Source: a virus
Reading direction: 5' to 3' (one strand)
DNA: 64,000 nucleotides
Virus record (IMG/VR): IMGVR_UViG_3300042542_005279
Location: 1 to 64,000 of that record
The notes under the pieces were generated by a model. The model saw only the letters and a program-made list of their open reading frames with translations, had not been told where the DNA came from and searched no databases. A program made the position numbers and the translations under genes. Below are positions 26,770 to 37,400 of the stretch, piece by piece (positions within the stretch are counted from its first letter, which is position 1; each line of letters begins with the position of its first letter).

Positions 26770-29748
26770 TTATTGACAATTAATTGAGAAATCTACTCCC
26801 ACGTTTATTTGAAATTCTGAATTTAAATTTAGTCCATCACAAGTAACTGTAAATATTGTAACTTGATTACCTGATATTTCATACGCTAAACCATAAGCAA
26901 ATAAATTATCTAATTGTGTTTCTAAGGCGGTTAACCATTGAGCAGATGTTGGATAACTTAAAGTACCTAAATCAATACCAACTCCCTCAAAAAACTTATA
27001 ATTTATAATTGTTGACCCTGCCAAACTTATATTTACATACCAACCACTACTAATTGTTGTTGTGTCGCAAGTTGGATTACTATTTGTATAGTTTGAAATT
27101 ACTGAGTTTAATATAGAACCAAAGTTATTACCAATACTTGGGTTAGAAGTCCAAGGATAAATGTCGCAAATTGTTTGAGCCTGAGGACAGTCATATGTTA
27201 ATATAGGCCCAACCAAAGTACATGGGTTGCAAGGAACAGGAACAATCTGACAACCTCTTTGTCTTCTCCAAACAAATTTTTGTCTATGAAATGCCGAATT
27301 TTCAAATCTTGTTCCGGCGTTCCAAAGTGTTGTTGCAGGAACCATTTGTTCCACCAGTCTCACCCAATAATCACCAATACCTTTTACATAGTTAATCATT
27401 TTTTGATAAGTGAATAAACTATCAGGTATTTCTTCAAAATCAATTGATTTCAGATATTTCCAATAAACAGATTCTAGTGTTGGATATCCCCCTGTTTTAC
27501 CATTTGTAATATATTGTCTATCACGGACATTAATCATGTTTTGCCAAAATGTTTGAGCAAATTCAAAAAATGTTTTATCGATTGGATTTGGGTCAATTAA
27601 TGTTCTATCTAAAATTGTTGGGTTCAGATATGTTGGGCAGTAACAATTACCACTTATTGTGTATCCTGTTGATGGAATTGGGTAATTATAATTTAATGAA
27701 AGATACCATACATCATATGTTAAGGCTTGACCAGGATTTAAAAACACATCAACATTTTTAGCGTTTAGTGTCAGTTTTTCATTGTCAACAAAATAAAATG
27801 AGTTGTTTCCGTCTGTATTTCTTCTTAAACCAATTTCTTCATCAGTCCAACTTTTCTTGTTATCTTTGGTTCTTGTTAGTGAAAACCCTAAATCAGTATA
27901 TGGGAAATCTCTAAACCTATCAAAGTATTTTTGTCCGTATGTGAAATCTTGTAATTTAGTTTGGAAATTAGGGTTTTGACCCGTAAAAGTACTAGATGTC
28001 GCATCAAATACTTCGTTGGCTCTATGTTGTGGTGTTTGTTCAAACCAACCCGCACCTTGTTGGAAAAAGAAACTTTCAGTATCGTCAGGGGCTTTTGGGT
28101 AACCATTATCATCAACAGGGAACTCTTCTCTTGATAATTCAACATCCAAGATTGTGGTTTGAATTGTAAATCCTGTAAAGGTTCTACCTAAAATTCTAAA
28201 TGTATTTTCAGGTTCCAAAACAGGTAAATCAATCGCGTATGTTCCACCAGAAATCTGAGCATATTGTTGATTAAATTGGTTCATATTAATCCTTTGGTCC
28301 GCTAAGTAGATATATTCGTTGAAATCTACAAGAGCATCAGGTGCACCAATTAATCTTAATAAGTTTTGAATTGATGCTCTTGTTCCTTTGGATTTGAATA
28401 GGTATGCCGAATTTAGAATTAAATTTCTATAAAATTGATAGTTTAACTCATCGGGTGTAGGAGCAACTGGTTGTCCGCTGAATTGACTTGGTGTATTATT
28501 ACCAAATACGGATTCTAATAACCCCTCATTTGATATTGGAGATATGTTTGCGGTCCAACCTAATGTTTGGGCTAAATTTTTTAGTAATTGAGATGGTATG
28601 TCATTTTTAACATTGTAATTGACCGAGTTCATGAAGGCAAGAGCCTCAATAAACTTCTTAACTTGGTCAAAACTTCTACCGTAAAGTTCTAAAACTTTAA
28701 GTATTTTTTGGTCATTAGTGTCAAAATCTTTAAACGCGCCTGTTGTTAAAAATCTTACAATCAAATTAGTTTTGAATTGGTCAAAATTTTCGGCAATCGC
28801 ATTTAAGTTCTGTAAGTAAGTCGTAAATGATGGTGTTACAATATCTATGTTCCAAGGTCCATATAATGGCCAAGTCACAGAATCCGTAGTCACAAAAGTG
28901 GTACCATCATTCGCTTCTTTAACAACGGTAAAGTATGCGGTATATAGTGGAAAATTTTTTCTATTTAATATAAACTTTTCAACCTCATCAAAATCCTGAA
29001 CAAAAACCATTTCTGTGGTCATGGGGTTTAATCTGATATTTAAATCATCATAAGTTAAAGATTGACCTGAAAATGGATTTCCCTTGACAGTTAATGTAAT
29101 TGTTCCACCTGTTATACTTTGACTTGGTGTAATGAAAGTACAATCATAAGGAGTACCACTTAAATAAAGGCTATATTTATCTATATTTTTTACCATATCC
29201 CTCATTGGTGATATTTCAATCTCATAAAGGGATATATTTCGTGTTGAATTTACACTAAAATCAATATTGAAAGGATTTACAATTTTTGTAACGTCTATAG
29301 TAAAAGTTGTATTATCCGTTGATTCATTGTAAGTTATATTAGTAGCGGTTGTTCCTGTTGTATAATTTCTTCTGAAATAAACATCAAAAGATGCGGGAAA
29401 GAAATTGATAATTTTTGTAACCGATACTGACATTCTTTTTACCAAAGAACCGTACTGTGAAAACAAAGATACCTTACTTAAATCATAATTAGGATATACT
29501 TGAAAGTTCTTCTCAATAATCGCTTTGGATTCCTCAACGGATGTCATACCCATTGAGTCCAAAGTTATCGGTTCAGAAAAAGTTCCAACTACAAATTCTC
29601 TGTTAGATTTTTCAGTTATTGATACCGTAAAATCAAAATTACCTTGGGTAAGACCTCCCCCATCTACAATCTGAAAGCCTACCAGATTGTCAGAAAACGT
29701 ATTATCTGCAGTTGCCTGTTGTGGGGGACAAGTATATTTTTTAGCCAT
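26770..29748 (-). CDS. Baseplate wedge protein (P2 gpI / T4 gp7-like domain)
   Basis: LLKNLAQTLGW...YLFKSKGTRASIQNLLRLIG...E signature; baseplate context. Confidence 0.7.
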   Translation of the reverse strand: MAKKYTCPPQQATADNTFSDNLVGFQIVDGGGLTQGNFDFTVSITEKSNREFVVGTFSEPITLDSMGMTSVEESKAIIEKNFQVYPNYDLSKVSLFSQYGSLVKRMSVSVTKIINFFPASFDVYFRRNYTTGTTATNITYNESTDNTTFTIDVTKIVNPFNIDFSVNSTRNISLYEIEISPMRDMVKNIDKYSLYLSGTPYDCTFITPSQSITGGTITLTVKGNPFSGQSLTYDDLNIRLNPMTTEMVFVQDFDEVEKFILNRKNFPLYTAYFTVVKEANDGTTFVTTDSVTWPLYGPWNIDIVTPSFTTYLQNLNAIAENFDQFKTNLIVRFLTTGAFKDFDTNDQKILKVLELYGRSFDQVKKFIEALAFMNSVNYNVKNDIPSQLLKNLAQTLGWTANISPISNEGLLESVFGNNTPSQFSGQPVAPTPDELNYQFYRNLILNSAYLFKSKGTRASIQNLLRLIGAPDALVDFNEYIYLADQRINMNQFNQQYAQISGGTYAIDLPVLEPENTFRILGRTFTGFTIQTTILDVELSREEFPVDDNGYPKAPDDTESFFFQQGAGWFEQTPQHRANEVFDATSSTFTGQNPNFQTKLQDFTYGQKYFDRFRDFPYTDLGFSLTRTKDNKKSWTDEEIGLRRNTDGNNSFYFVDNEKLTLNAKNVDVFLNPGQALTYDVWYLSLNYNYPIPSTGYTISGNCYCPTYLNPTILDRTLIDPNPIDKTFFEFAQTFWQNMINVRDRQYITNGKTGGYPTLESVYWKYLKSIDFEEIPDSLFTYQKMINYVKGIGDYWVRLVEQMVPATTLWNAGTRFENSAFHRQKFVWRRQRGCQIVPVPCNPCTLVGPILTYDCPQAQTICDIYPWTSNPSIGNNFGSILNSVISNYTNSNPTCDTTTISSGWYVNISLAGSTIINYKFFEGVGIDLGTLSYPTSAQWLTALETQLDNLFAYGLAYEISGNQVTIFTVTCDGLNLNSEFQINVGVDFSINCQ

Positions 29749-30656
29749 TATTCGGTAATATTTGTGAAGTTTTTACTATAATCTATATTGTCACCTCTGT
29801 CTTGTCTAACCTCATACAATAAACTATTAAATTCATCTCTGATTTCATATAAGTTGTATTGTCTAAATATGTTATTATCTCCGTCATACAATGTGTAAAT
29901 ACCATCATCCATAGATTTGGTTTGATTACCCAACAATGCAATTGCCAATGTTGATGTGTCGTTTTCAACAATTTCAACCTCAATGGTTATGGGATTGAAG
30001 AATGTATTTGTAATAATAACATTTTGATTAGGTTGTCCGATAAAAGGAGTTGCGTTTGGTTTATTTGTTGGCGATGATGATGGTGATAAAGTACAGAAAA
30101 TTAAATTTGTTGCTCCATCAACATATCTATATCTAATTGATTTTTGAGAACTATTTGTTTGGTTTTCTAAAACTGGCTCACAGAAAAAAGAAGATGTTAT
30201 AATTCTGAAAAAATTAGGTATTTTTGTTCCATCGTCGTTTAGATATTCAACTCTGAAACCTACCAATCCTTGACTTACAAATTTATTTCTGAATTGAGCG
30301 GGAACCGCCTCGATATTAAAGATAAGACCTTTTACATTTGGTAATGCAGATAACACACCGCAATCTGTGATTGTCGTTCTAATTTGAGCGGGTCTAATGT
30401 ATATGTTATAAATTCCAAGTGCGTTGAATTGGTCAGAAGGTAACCTTAGATTGTACAATCCGCCCAATATTTCAACATCGGCATTTCCTCCCGTATTTTC
30501 ATTATTAAAATAAGGTGTTAGTACTTCTTGTGAATTAAGTGTTGTTAATAGAAAATTATCCGTAACATCTCTACTTTCAGTGTAGTTAAGGATTATTTCA
30601 ACATCTTCGGGTGATACATCTGCTGGTCTTATGGTTCCGTATGTTCCTGTAGCCAT
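29748..30656 (-). CDS. Putative structural protein
   Basis: Beta-rich; TAATG-coupled to the wedge gene; TATTTATA upstream. Confidence 0.6.
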   Translation of the reverse strand: MATGTYGTIRPADVSPEDVEIILNYTESRDVTDNFLLTTLNSQEVLTPYFNNENTGGNADVEILGGLYNLRLPSDQFNALGIYNIYIRPAQIRTTITDCGVLSALPNVKGLIFNIEAVPAQFRNKFVSQGLVGFRVEYLNDDGTKIPNFFRIITSSFFCEPVLENQTNSSQKSIRYRYVDGATNLIFCTLSPSSSPTNKPNATPFIGQPNQNVIITNTFFNPITIEVEIVENDTSTLAIALLGNQTKSMDDGIYTLYDGDNNIFRQYNLYEIRDEFNSLLYEVRQDRGDNIDYSKNFTNITE

Positions 30657-30678
30657 TTCAATTTTTAATTATAAATAG

Positions 30679-31875
30679 TTATGTTTGATTTTTTTCAACA
30701 TTAAAATATTTGTATCCATATGAAACCAAACCTCCAATTGTGGATACTTCGCCTAATCTTCTAACTTTTTCAAAAGGTGATATTTTACCTCGTTCAATAT
30801 ATACATTTGAGAATATCTGAGGTTCATCAACAACATTTAATAATGTCTCGTCTTTTGTAATTGCCGTCATTATAAGATTGTCTGATGTAAGTCCTGATGA
30901 AGCTACAATATATACCGTAGTCCCATCGACATAATCATAATAATCAATACCATTGACGTTATAACCAACGGATAAACCGTCCTCTGACTCTCCGTTGTAA
31001 ATACCAACGGTTCCACTTGCTCCTGTGACACTTTGGTTTAGTTTAAATGATTTGCCATTTACAGTTGAATTACCCTTGTATTGTGAGATATCATTTAGGG
31101 TTGATTTGGTATATCCTGTAATTATAAATGGAATAGATGTGAAATCATTTACAAAATAGTCATTTAAATTTGGATTTGAGTCACCTGAAAAGATATAATC
31201 ATATGAAATTGGAATACCTGACCAATTTCCACCTTGAGCAATAAAATAGGCAGTTCCATTAGGATTTGGTATTGTTGTTCCTGTGAATGGTACATATATC
31301 GTTTTTTCAATAATTGAAAGTCCAAAAGATGTTGAACCTGTCATACTTATTTTGTAACTACTTGGTGTAGATGCATATACGTGTTGGGTGTAATTAGGTG
31401 CAAAATTTGTAATTGTTTGAATGCCGGAATTATCACCCCAATCTACTTTGAAGGTAGAACCCTTTAGAAACTTTTTATATTGTTGGTCAGAAGTGTTATA
31501 AAGATATAATGTTGTTGCATTTCCTCCCGTAATACCAGAAAAGACAAAGTTTGTTATAACATCTTTTTGTAAAACCGCCCCATCAAAAACTGAATAATAA
31601 CCGATATCAACCGTGTTTTGTGTAAATAAAACAGGTATTGTGAGTCCCGTCATTAAAGAAGTTCCACTTGTACCACCTGTTACAACTTGAGACATTTTTA
31701 AATACACTTTTGTTTCACCTGTTGTGAAATAAAAATTTTCTGTGTAAGAAGTAAAATCACAACACGCCTCATCCAAGGTATATGTAACACCTGTTGATGC
31801 GGTAAATATTACATCTCTAAGGTCACTTTTAATAACCTCTGGCGATATTGTAATGAAATACTTTTGTTGTTCCAT
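30679..31875 (-). CDS. Putative structural protein with a PKD-like domain
   Basis: KVDWGD...HVY...YKI PKD-like motif; 12 (S/T)Gx(S/T) motifs. Confidence 0.6.
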   Translation of the reverse strand: MEQQKYFITISPEVIKSDLRDVIFTASTGVTYTLDEACCDFTSYTENFYFTTGETKVYLKMSQVVTGGTSGTSLMTGLTIPVLFTQNTVDIGYYSVFDGAVLQKDVITNFVFSGITGGNATTLYLYNTSDQQYKKFLKGSTFKVDWGDNSGIQTITNFAPNYTQHVYASTPSSYKISMTGSTSFGLSIIEKTIYVPFTGTTIPNPNGTAYFIAQGGNWSGIPISYDYIFSGDSNPNLNDYFVNDFTSIPFIITGYTKSTLNDISQYKGNSTVNGKSFKLNQSVTGASGTVGIYNGESEDGLSVGYNVNGIDYYDYVDGTTVYIVASSGLTSDNLIMTAITKDETLLNVVDEPQIFSNVYIERGKISPFEKVRRLGEVSTIGGLVSYGYKYFNVEKNQT

Positions 31876-31876
31876 A

Positions 31877-32695
31877 TTATGGGTTTCTATATTCGTACCA
31901 ATTTATGGGGTTTTGAGTATTTCCTACTCTTGTTGGTTGATTTACTATATCAAATATTTGATAAGTATAATCACTATAGTCCATCACAACTTTATAGTAA
32001 AAATATTTTTCCTCATTAAATGTGAATTTACTATTTGCTAATTGTGGCGAACCTTGTGACCTCGTCATCATTTTAATAAACTGACCTGTGTTTGCATTAA
32101 AGAATTTTGCGGTCATATAAAAAGTGTCAAGATTATAAAACTCTTTTGATTTTAACCAATAAAAAAAGTAACCTTCTTTTTGATTTACATAATCTAATGT
32201 GTAAGTAGGGATACTAATATTCACATCAGGTAAGTATTGTGATATTGAGAACTTAGCATCAGAACTTTGATTTGCTGGTAATATGATTGAAAAATAATTT
32301 CTTTGTGTTTTAGTTTGTGGTGTATCGTAAAAATCTAATTTGAAAAATGATTTCAAAAATGGTTTTGTTGTGTAATAAATTTCCTCTAATGTAAATCCCA
32401 AAGGTTGGTACGATAACCCCCAATCATTTTGAGAAGCTGTAGAAAAATTATCTGTAAGTCCTGTATAAAATGAAAAGTTGTATTTGACCAATGTTTCAAA
32501 ACTATTAAAATACTGTTTGTTTTGAAATCTTGCTAATTCAAAATCTTTCGGTATTCCAATTGCCTTTTCAACAACATCTTCTTGGAATGCATCCAAACTA
32601 TCGTCTTGTCCATAAAAATCCCATTTGATTTCAATTGGTATATCAATTTGTTTGTCCAAGTTGGACCTCAATATTTTATATTTACTCACAGCCAT
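31877..32695 (-). CDS. Putative structural protein
   Basis: FLKSFFKLDFYD, FYMTAKFFNA; structural operon context. Confidence 0.6.
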   Translation of the reverse strand: MAVSKYKILRSNLDKQIDIPIEIKWDFYGQDDSLDAFQEDVVEKAIGIPKDFELARFQNKQYFNSFETLVKYNFSFYTGLTDNFSTASQNDWGLSYQPLGFTLEEIYYTTKPFLKSFFKLDFYDTPQTKTQRNYFSIILPANQSSDAKFSISQYLPDVNISIPTYTLDYVNQKEGYFFYWLKSKEFYNLDTFYMTAKFFNANTGQFIKMMTRSQGSPQLANSKFTFNEEKYFYYKVVMDYSDYTYQIFDIVNQPTRVGNTQNPINWYEYRNP

Positions 32696-34466
32696 CTATT
32701 ACAGGGAATTCAACATCGGTTATTGTAGAAATAGAAGTAGAACCTTCTGGTATTAATCTGAAAATTGTTGTCTTAAATGGATAATGAGTACCATTTAAAA
32801 AAGGAAAATCCACACCTCTACCATCAGAATCTATGTACCCATATGGATATATATCTTTCCAAAGAAAAGATTGTGCGTTATTATCATAAACCGCCCAATC
32901 AGGTATTTCACTCACTTTGTCAGGTTCACCTTCCTCAATGTATGTTGAAAAAACTTTGATTGTAATTGGGTGATGAACTTTATAATAGTAACCCAAAGGG
33001 TTTTGTTCCTCGGATTCTCCTGTTATATTAATATCAAATACACTTTCATTATATGTTATTTTGTGGTGAATATTTGAAACTACCCTTTCTGAATATTCAG
33101 AGTCATTCCACTCACAAAAATCGCCATCAATAACATCACCTTTTGATAAAGGAACATTGTAGTAAAAAGTTCTTGGGGATTGTCCCGGTAAAGTCCTTGT
33201 GTAAGATGCGGTTTGTATATTTACATATGAATTTGAGTTAATTTGATTTGGTACATTTGTCCACCATTGGTCAGGTTTTTCTTGATATACCGGTAAGTTG
33301 AACTCCCACCCTTGTTTCAAAGCCTTTTGACCATAAGTTGGTTTAGATGTCCAACCCAAATATCCAATCCATTGATATGTAAAAAATAATTCACTCAATG
33401 GTCTTTTTTGATTATCTACTAAATTCTCTATTGAGACGTTATCTGCAAAAGTTAAATTATAACTTTGACTGCCTTCTTTTATGGAGACTCTTGAGATATA
33501 ATTAGGTGTTGTTGCCGAAGGTTCGTATTGTTTAATTACTTTGAATGGGTTAAGTTCAAATCCCGCATTTGTTAATACCGCATCTGAATTGTTTGTCAAA
33601 ATTTTGTTTCTTCTGACATAATATTCAGACCTTGTAACATCCAAATTATTTTCATCTATAACTCGTTTAAATGTCCCTGTAACACCTTCAGAAAATGTTG
33701 TACCTGTATAGCCAACATCAGGGATACTAAATACAAAATCTTCTGAACCATATAAACCATCACCTAAGTTTGTAACTTGGAATATATTTTGACTGCCGTA
33801 ACTAAACGACAACTCAGCAAATTCGTTTACATTTAAACCATGTTTACACAAACATCTAAATGAGATAAGGCTTTGTCCATTATACACACTTCTATATATT
33901 ATAAAGGGGATACCATTTGCAGAGTTCCAATTTAATCTAACGCCAGTTTTCGGCTCAACTCCCGTCATAGTTCTTTGTACATTATCATACGCATAACTCA
34001 AAAAGAAATTCCAATTATAACTTGCTGCACTTGTACTAATAAAATTTATATGTCCATTTGTGTTTGGTTGTGTATAACCATCAGTATCGTTATCAGTTCT
34101 TGATAAATCAAATTCATTATAAAGTGGATATCCTGACCAATAAACGTTTGTAACACCTGAACACGATTGCCTGCTCGCATCCAACGCATTTACGTAATAT
34201 AGATTTTCATAAAATGGTCTATAATTGGTTTCACCAACATATGTGTTTTTGAAAAGAAATGTTATTTTGGTGGAAGGTCTAAAAAGAACTGACTTTTCTC
34301 TCTCGTTGTTATAAACGTCAACTAAATTTATTATCTGACTTCTATCATATTCGGTGATATTTTTTGAGGTTTGAACCAAAGGAACATCTAAGGAATAACT
34401 CAACGTAGGTGCCGATTTATACCTCAACTCACTCGATAATATCTTATAACTAGTTTCTTTTCCCAT
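32682..34466 (-). CDS. Putative structural protein
   Basis: Beta/aromatic-rich; C-terminal FPFLNGTHY; operon context. Confidence 0.6.
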   Translation of the reverse strand: MGKETSYKILSSELRYKSAPTLSYSLDVPLVQTSKNITEYDRSQIINLVDVYNNEREKSVLFRPSTKITFLFKNTYVGETNYRPFYENLYYVNALDASRQSCSGVTNVYWSGYPLYNEFDLSRTDNDTDGYTQPNTNGHINFISTSAASYNWNFFLSYAYDNVQRTMTGVEPKTGVRLNWNSANGIPFIIYRSVYNGQSLISFRCLCKHGLNVNEFAELSFSYGSQNIFQVTNLGDGLYGSEDFVFSIPDVGYTGTTFSEGVTGTFKRVIDENNLDVTRSEYYVRRNKILTNNSDAVLTNAGFELNPFKVIKQYEPSATTPNYISRVSIKEGSQSYNLTFADNVSIENLVDNQKRPLSELFFTYQWIGYLGWTSKPTYGQKALKQGWEFNLPVYQEKPDQWWTNVPNQINSNSYVNIQTASYTRTLPGQSPRTFYYNVPLSKGDVIDGDFCEWNDSEYSERVVSNIHHKITYNESVFDINITGESEEQNPLGYYYKVHHPITIKVFSTYIEEGEPDKVSEIPDWAVYDNNAQSFLWKDIYPYGYIDSDGRGVDFPFLNGTHYPFKTTIFRLIPEGSTSISTITDVEFPVIDGCE

Positions 34467-34470
34467 GTTA

Positions 34471-37400
34471 TTACTCTAATCCTTCAGTGTCAATCCATTT
34501 AGCGGCAAACCTATCAAATGCGGATGCTCCATTGGTTAGTCCAAAATAAAAATAAAACGGAGCACCAAATAAAAATGGTCCGCCCCCTATGTATGGTTCT
34601 GGGTCATAATCCAATTGTTCTGTATATTGATTATATACATTCTCAACGTTATAAATCCAACCTTTTTGATATTTTATTATATTTGTTGTATTTGGTTTAT
34701 ACATTCTACTAATATTGTATGGTAAAAGTCTATCAATTTTTTGATACCTATATGAAAAGGAATCCCACTTCCAATCATTACCTTGATTTCCAAAAATGTT
34801 AGACCTACTTGTATTATCATTAATAGACCATAAATAAAATGGAACTTCCTGAGTTGTTATTGGTATGTCTTGAGAAGCACATACATCACCGATTTGAGCG
34901 TCTTCATTATAAATTGTTCTATTTGGTGAAATATAATCTCTCGCCTGTTCATTACCATTATAAAAAATTCCAAAAACGACATCTTTAGGACTTCCAAAAT
35001 TTGTTCTGAGATAAAGTGAAGAACTTAAATTTGAATTAGGTGGTGGTTCAGGATAATTTTCAGGGTCGTAGGCATCAACCCCAAATTGAGAATTTGTTGC
35101 TATTAATTGTGCGAAGTCACCATCAACAAACCTTTTTTTCCTTGTATCAAAAAATTTTAAAACACTAGACCCTCTCGATTTGAATAAACTTGTAAATGAT
35201 GTGTTAGCCAATCTTGAAAGTACGAATATATTGAGTAATTCTGAAGTATCACCAAAAGTTGTTGGGGATAAAAGATTCATTATATATCCGTCCCAATTTC
35301 CACTTTGTGATAAATACTTTTGTAGTTCATCTCGTGGTCCCAAATCCATAATAGTTGTCGGATACATGTGATTTTTAGTGTTACCAACAAATTGGTTTAA
35401 TACTTTATTTCCTTCTCTCCCAACAAAAAAACCACCACCACTCGACTCCTTAAAAGGTGCTGACCGATAGTAGAAATTAAAGGTTTCTGGATGTAAAAAT
35501 GTTATATCATTACAAAATTTATTATAGGGTTGATTGGGAGGATTGTCATTAGGTCCCGTGAAGAATCTTGTAGTTTTGAATGGAATTGCGAATAAAGTAC
35601 CATTTATCCAATTATTAACAAAGAGATGTGAAAAAACTTCTCTACATGCTCCGAAATTAATATTAATCCTTGATGCCCATTCATTTATTAATTCTCTGTC
35701 ATTTTTAACATTATCCTTTTGATTGTAGGGTCGTCTAACTAATTCATAGCAAGAACCTTGAACGAAGAATTGCGTGTTAAAAGTATCTCCGTCCCTGTCA
35801 GTGACGGAAACATATGTACAATTTGAGATTGGCGCTATTTGGACACTTTCCCCGTTTGATGTTGGTTGATAACAATTCAAAGGCACTAATGATTGACAAC
35901 TGAAAGAACTTAATATATCAGATATCACATTTGGCGTTTCTCCAACTTCGGGTTGTTCAGGTTCATTAACTTGAAATGATAGTTGGGCTGGTTGAGTTTC
36001 TCCACTAGTAACAATTCCCTCAATAGGTACTTCGTATATTTTGAAATTACCATTTGACATACCTCCGTACGAATTAGGTCCTACCCCTTGATATATGTCT
36101 GATGTTGGTAATCTATCGCTTCTCATCACAATTCTTTCAGCATTTGTCATAGTAAATGTTGAAGCCGCGGGGTCATACCTTCTTGAGTAATATATTGGCT
36201 GTAATCTAAGGAATCTATATATGTTTCTAGCAAAAGAAGGTAACCCGTCATCTAAATTACCCCCATTTAAACACATAAACGGTATTCCCTCTACAGGTTC
36301 CCCAGGTTGATATGACCACTTGAATCTTATTTCGTCCCCGCTTGTATTAGTTGCCGTTGGAATTCCTAATTGTGCGTCAATACCATCATAATTATTTCTT
36401 GTATAAAAATTATTAATACCTATTCTTAAACCTCTTCCTGAATTAGTAGCATTAAATGTGTAAAAAGACGAAAGTTGCCTTAGGTAGGATGGTTGTTGGT
36501 CTGATTGGAACACAGTTGGTGGATATCCCGCCACCATGTTAACCCCGTAATCATCCTCTGATGTCTTTATATAATTGAAGACCGATGTAGTGTTAAATGG
36601 TTCCCAATTTTGTTGACTTGGTTTGAAGTGGTAGGATTTAAAAAACAGTCTTCCTTTTGTATAATTACCATCTATTTGATTTGCTTCGTTGTTTGTACCA
36701 ACAAAATTATGTCTAGTACATCTGTGTGCAAAATCAACCGCCGTAGTTTGAGAATTATCTGATGGTGCAAGTCCGAAATCCAAACCATCGTTTGGTTGTA
36801 AAGGAATATTCATTTTAAAATTTCCTTCAACGGAGTAAGACCAATGATTTTGTTTTCCAAACAACCTTCCTAAACCTATTTTCATAGGTTGTGCGGTTGA
36901 GTGTGGGTCAACACCTCTCATTAAAATTGTAACATATAAAGCACCTTTATCTGCATAAATATTATATGGACTATCAACGTTTGTCCAATCCCAAGTAAAT
37001 CCATCCCCAAAACCATCCGTTGTTGAAAAATATCTACCTGATAAAATTTGAATCCCTTGGACAAACAATCTTGTATAAGGTGTGAAACTGTTCATTTTAT
37101 CTCTGGCATCGTAAGTTCCTCCCCAAAATTGGTCTATAAAGGCCTGACCTTTCATAGAATCTATCACTTGAAAATATTCAATCCCTGTTGGGAATCTTAG
37201 GAACTGATTTTGAGTTGTATCTCCGCTTATGTTATATTTAGTTCTTAATCTTTTACCTGTTAAAGGATGAGTATGACTGACATATATTTGAGATATACCG
37301 TTATTTATTGATGTCCCTGTTGTTGAATACGTACCAAATTGATTTAATACGTCACCTGATAAATTTAAATCACGATAATCAAATGGATTGTCAAAAGTCA

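Noticed and set aside
26760-26775. Readthrough fusion of the wedge protein to the SprB protein
   Set aside because: In frame but separated by tandem TAA TAA
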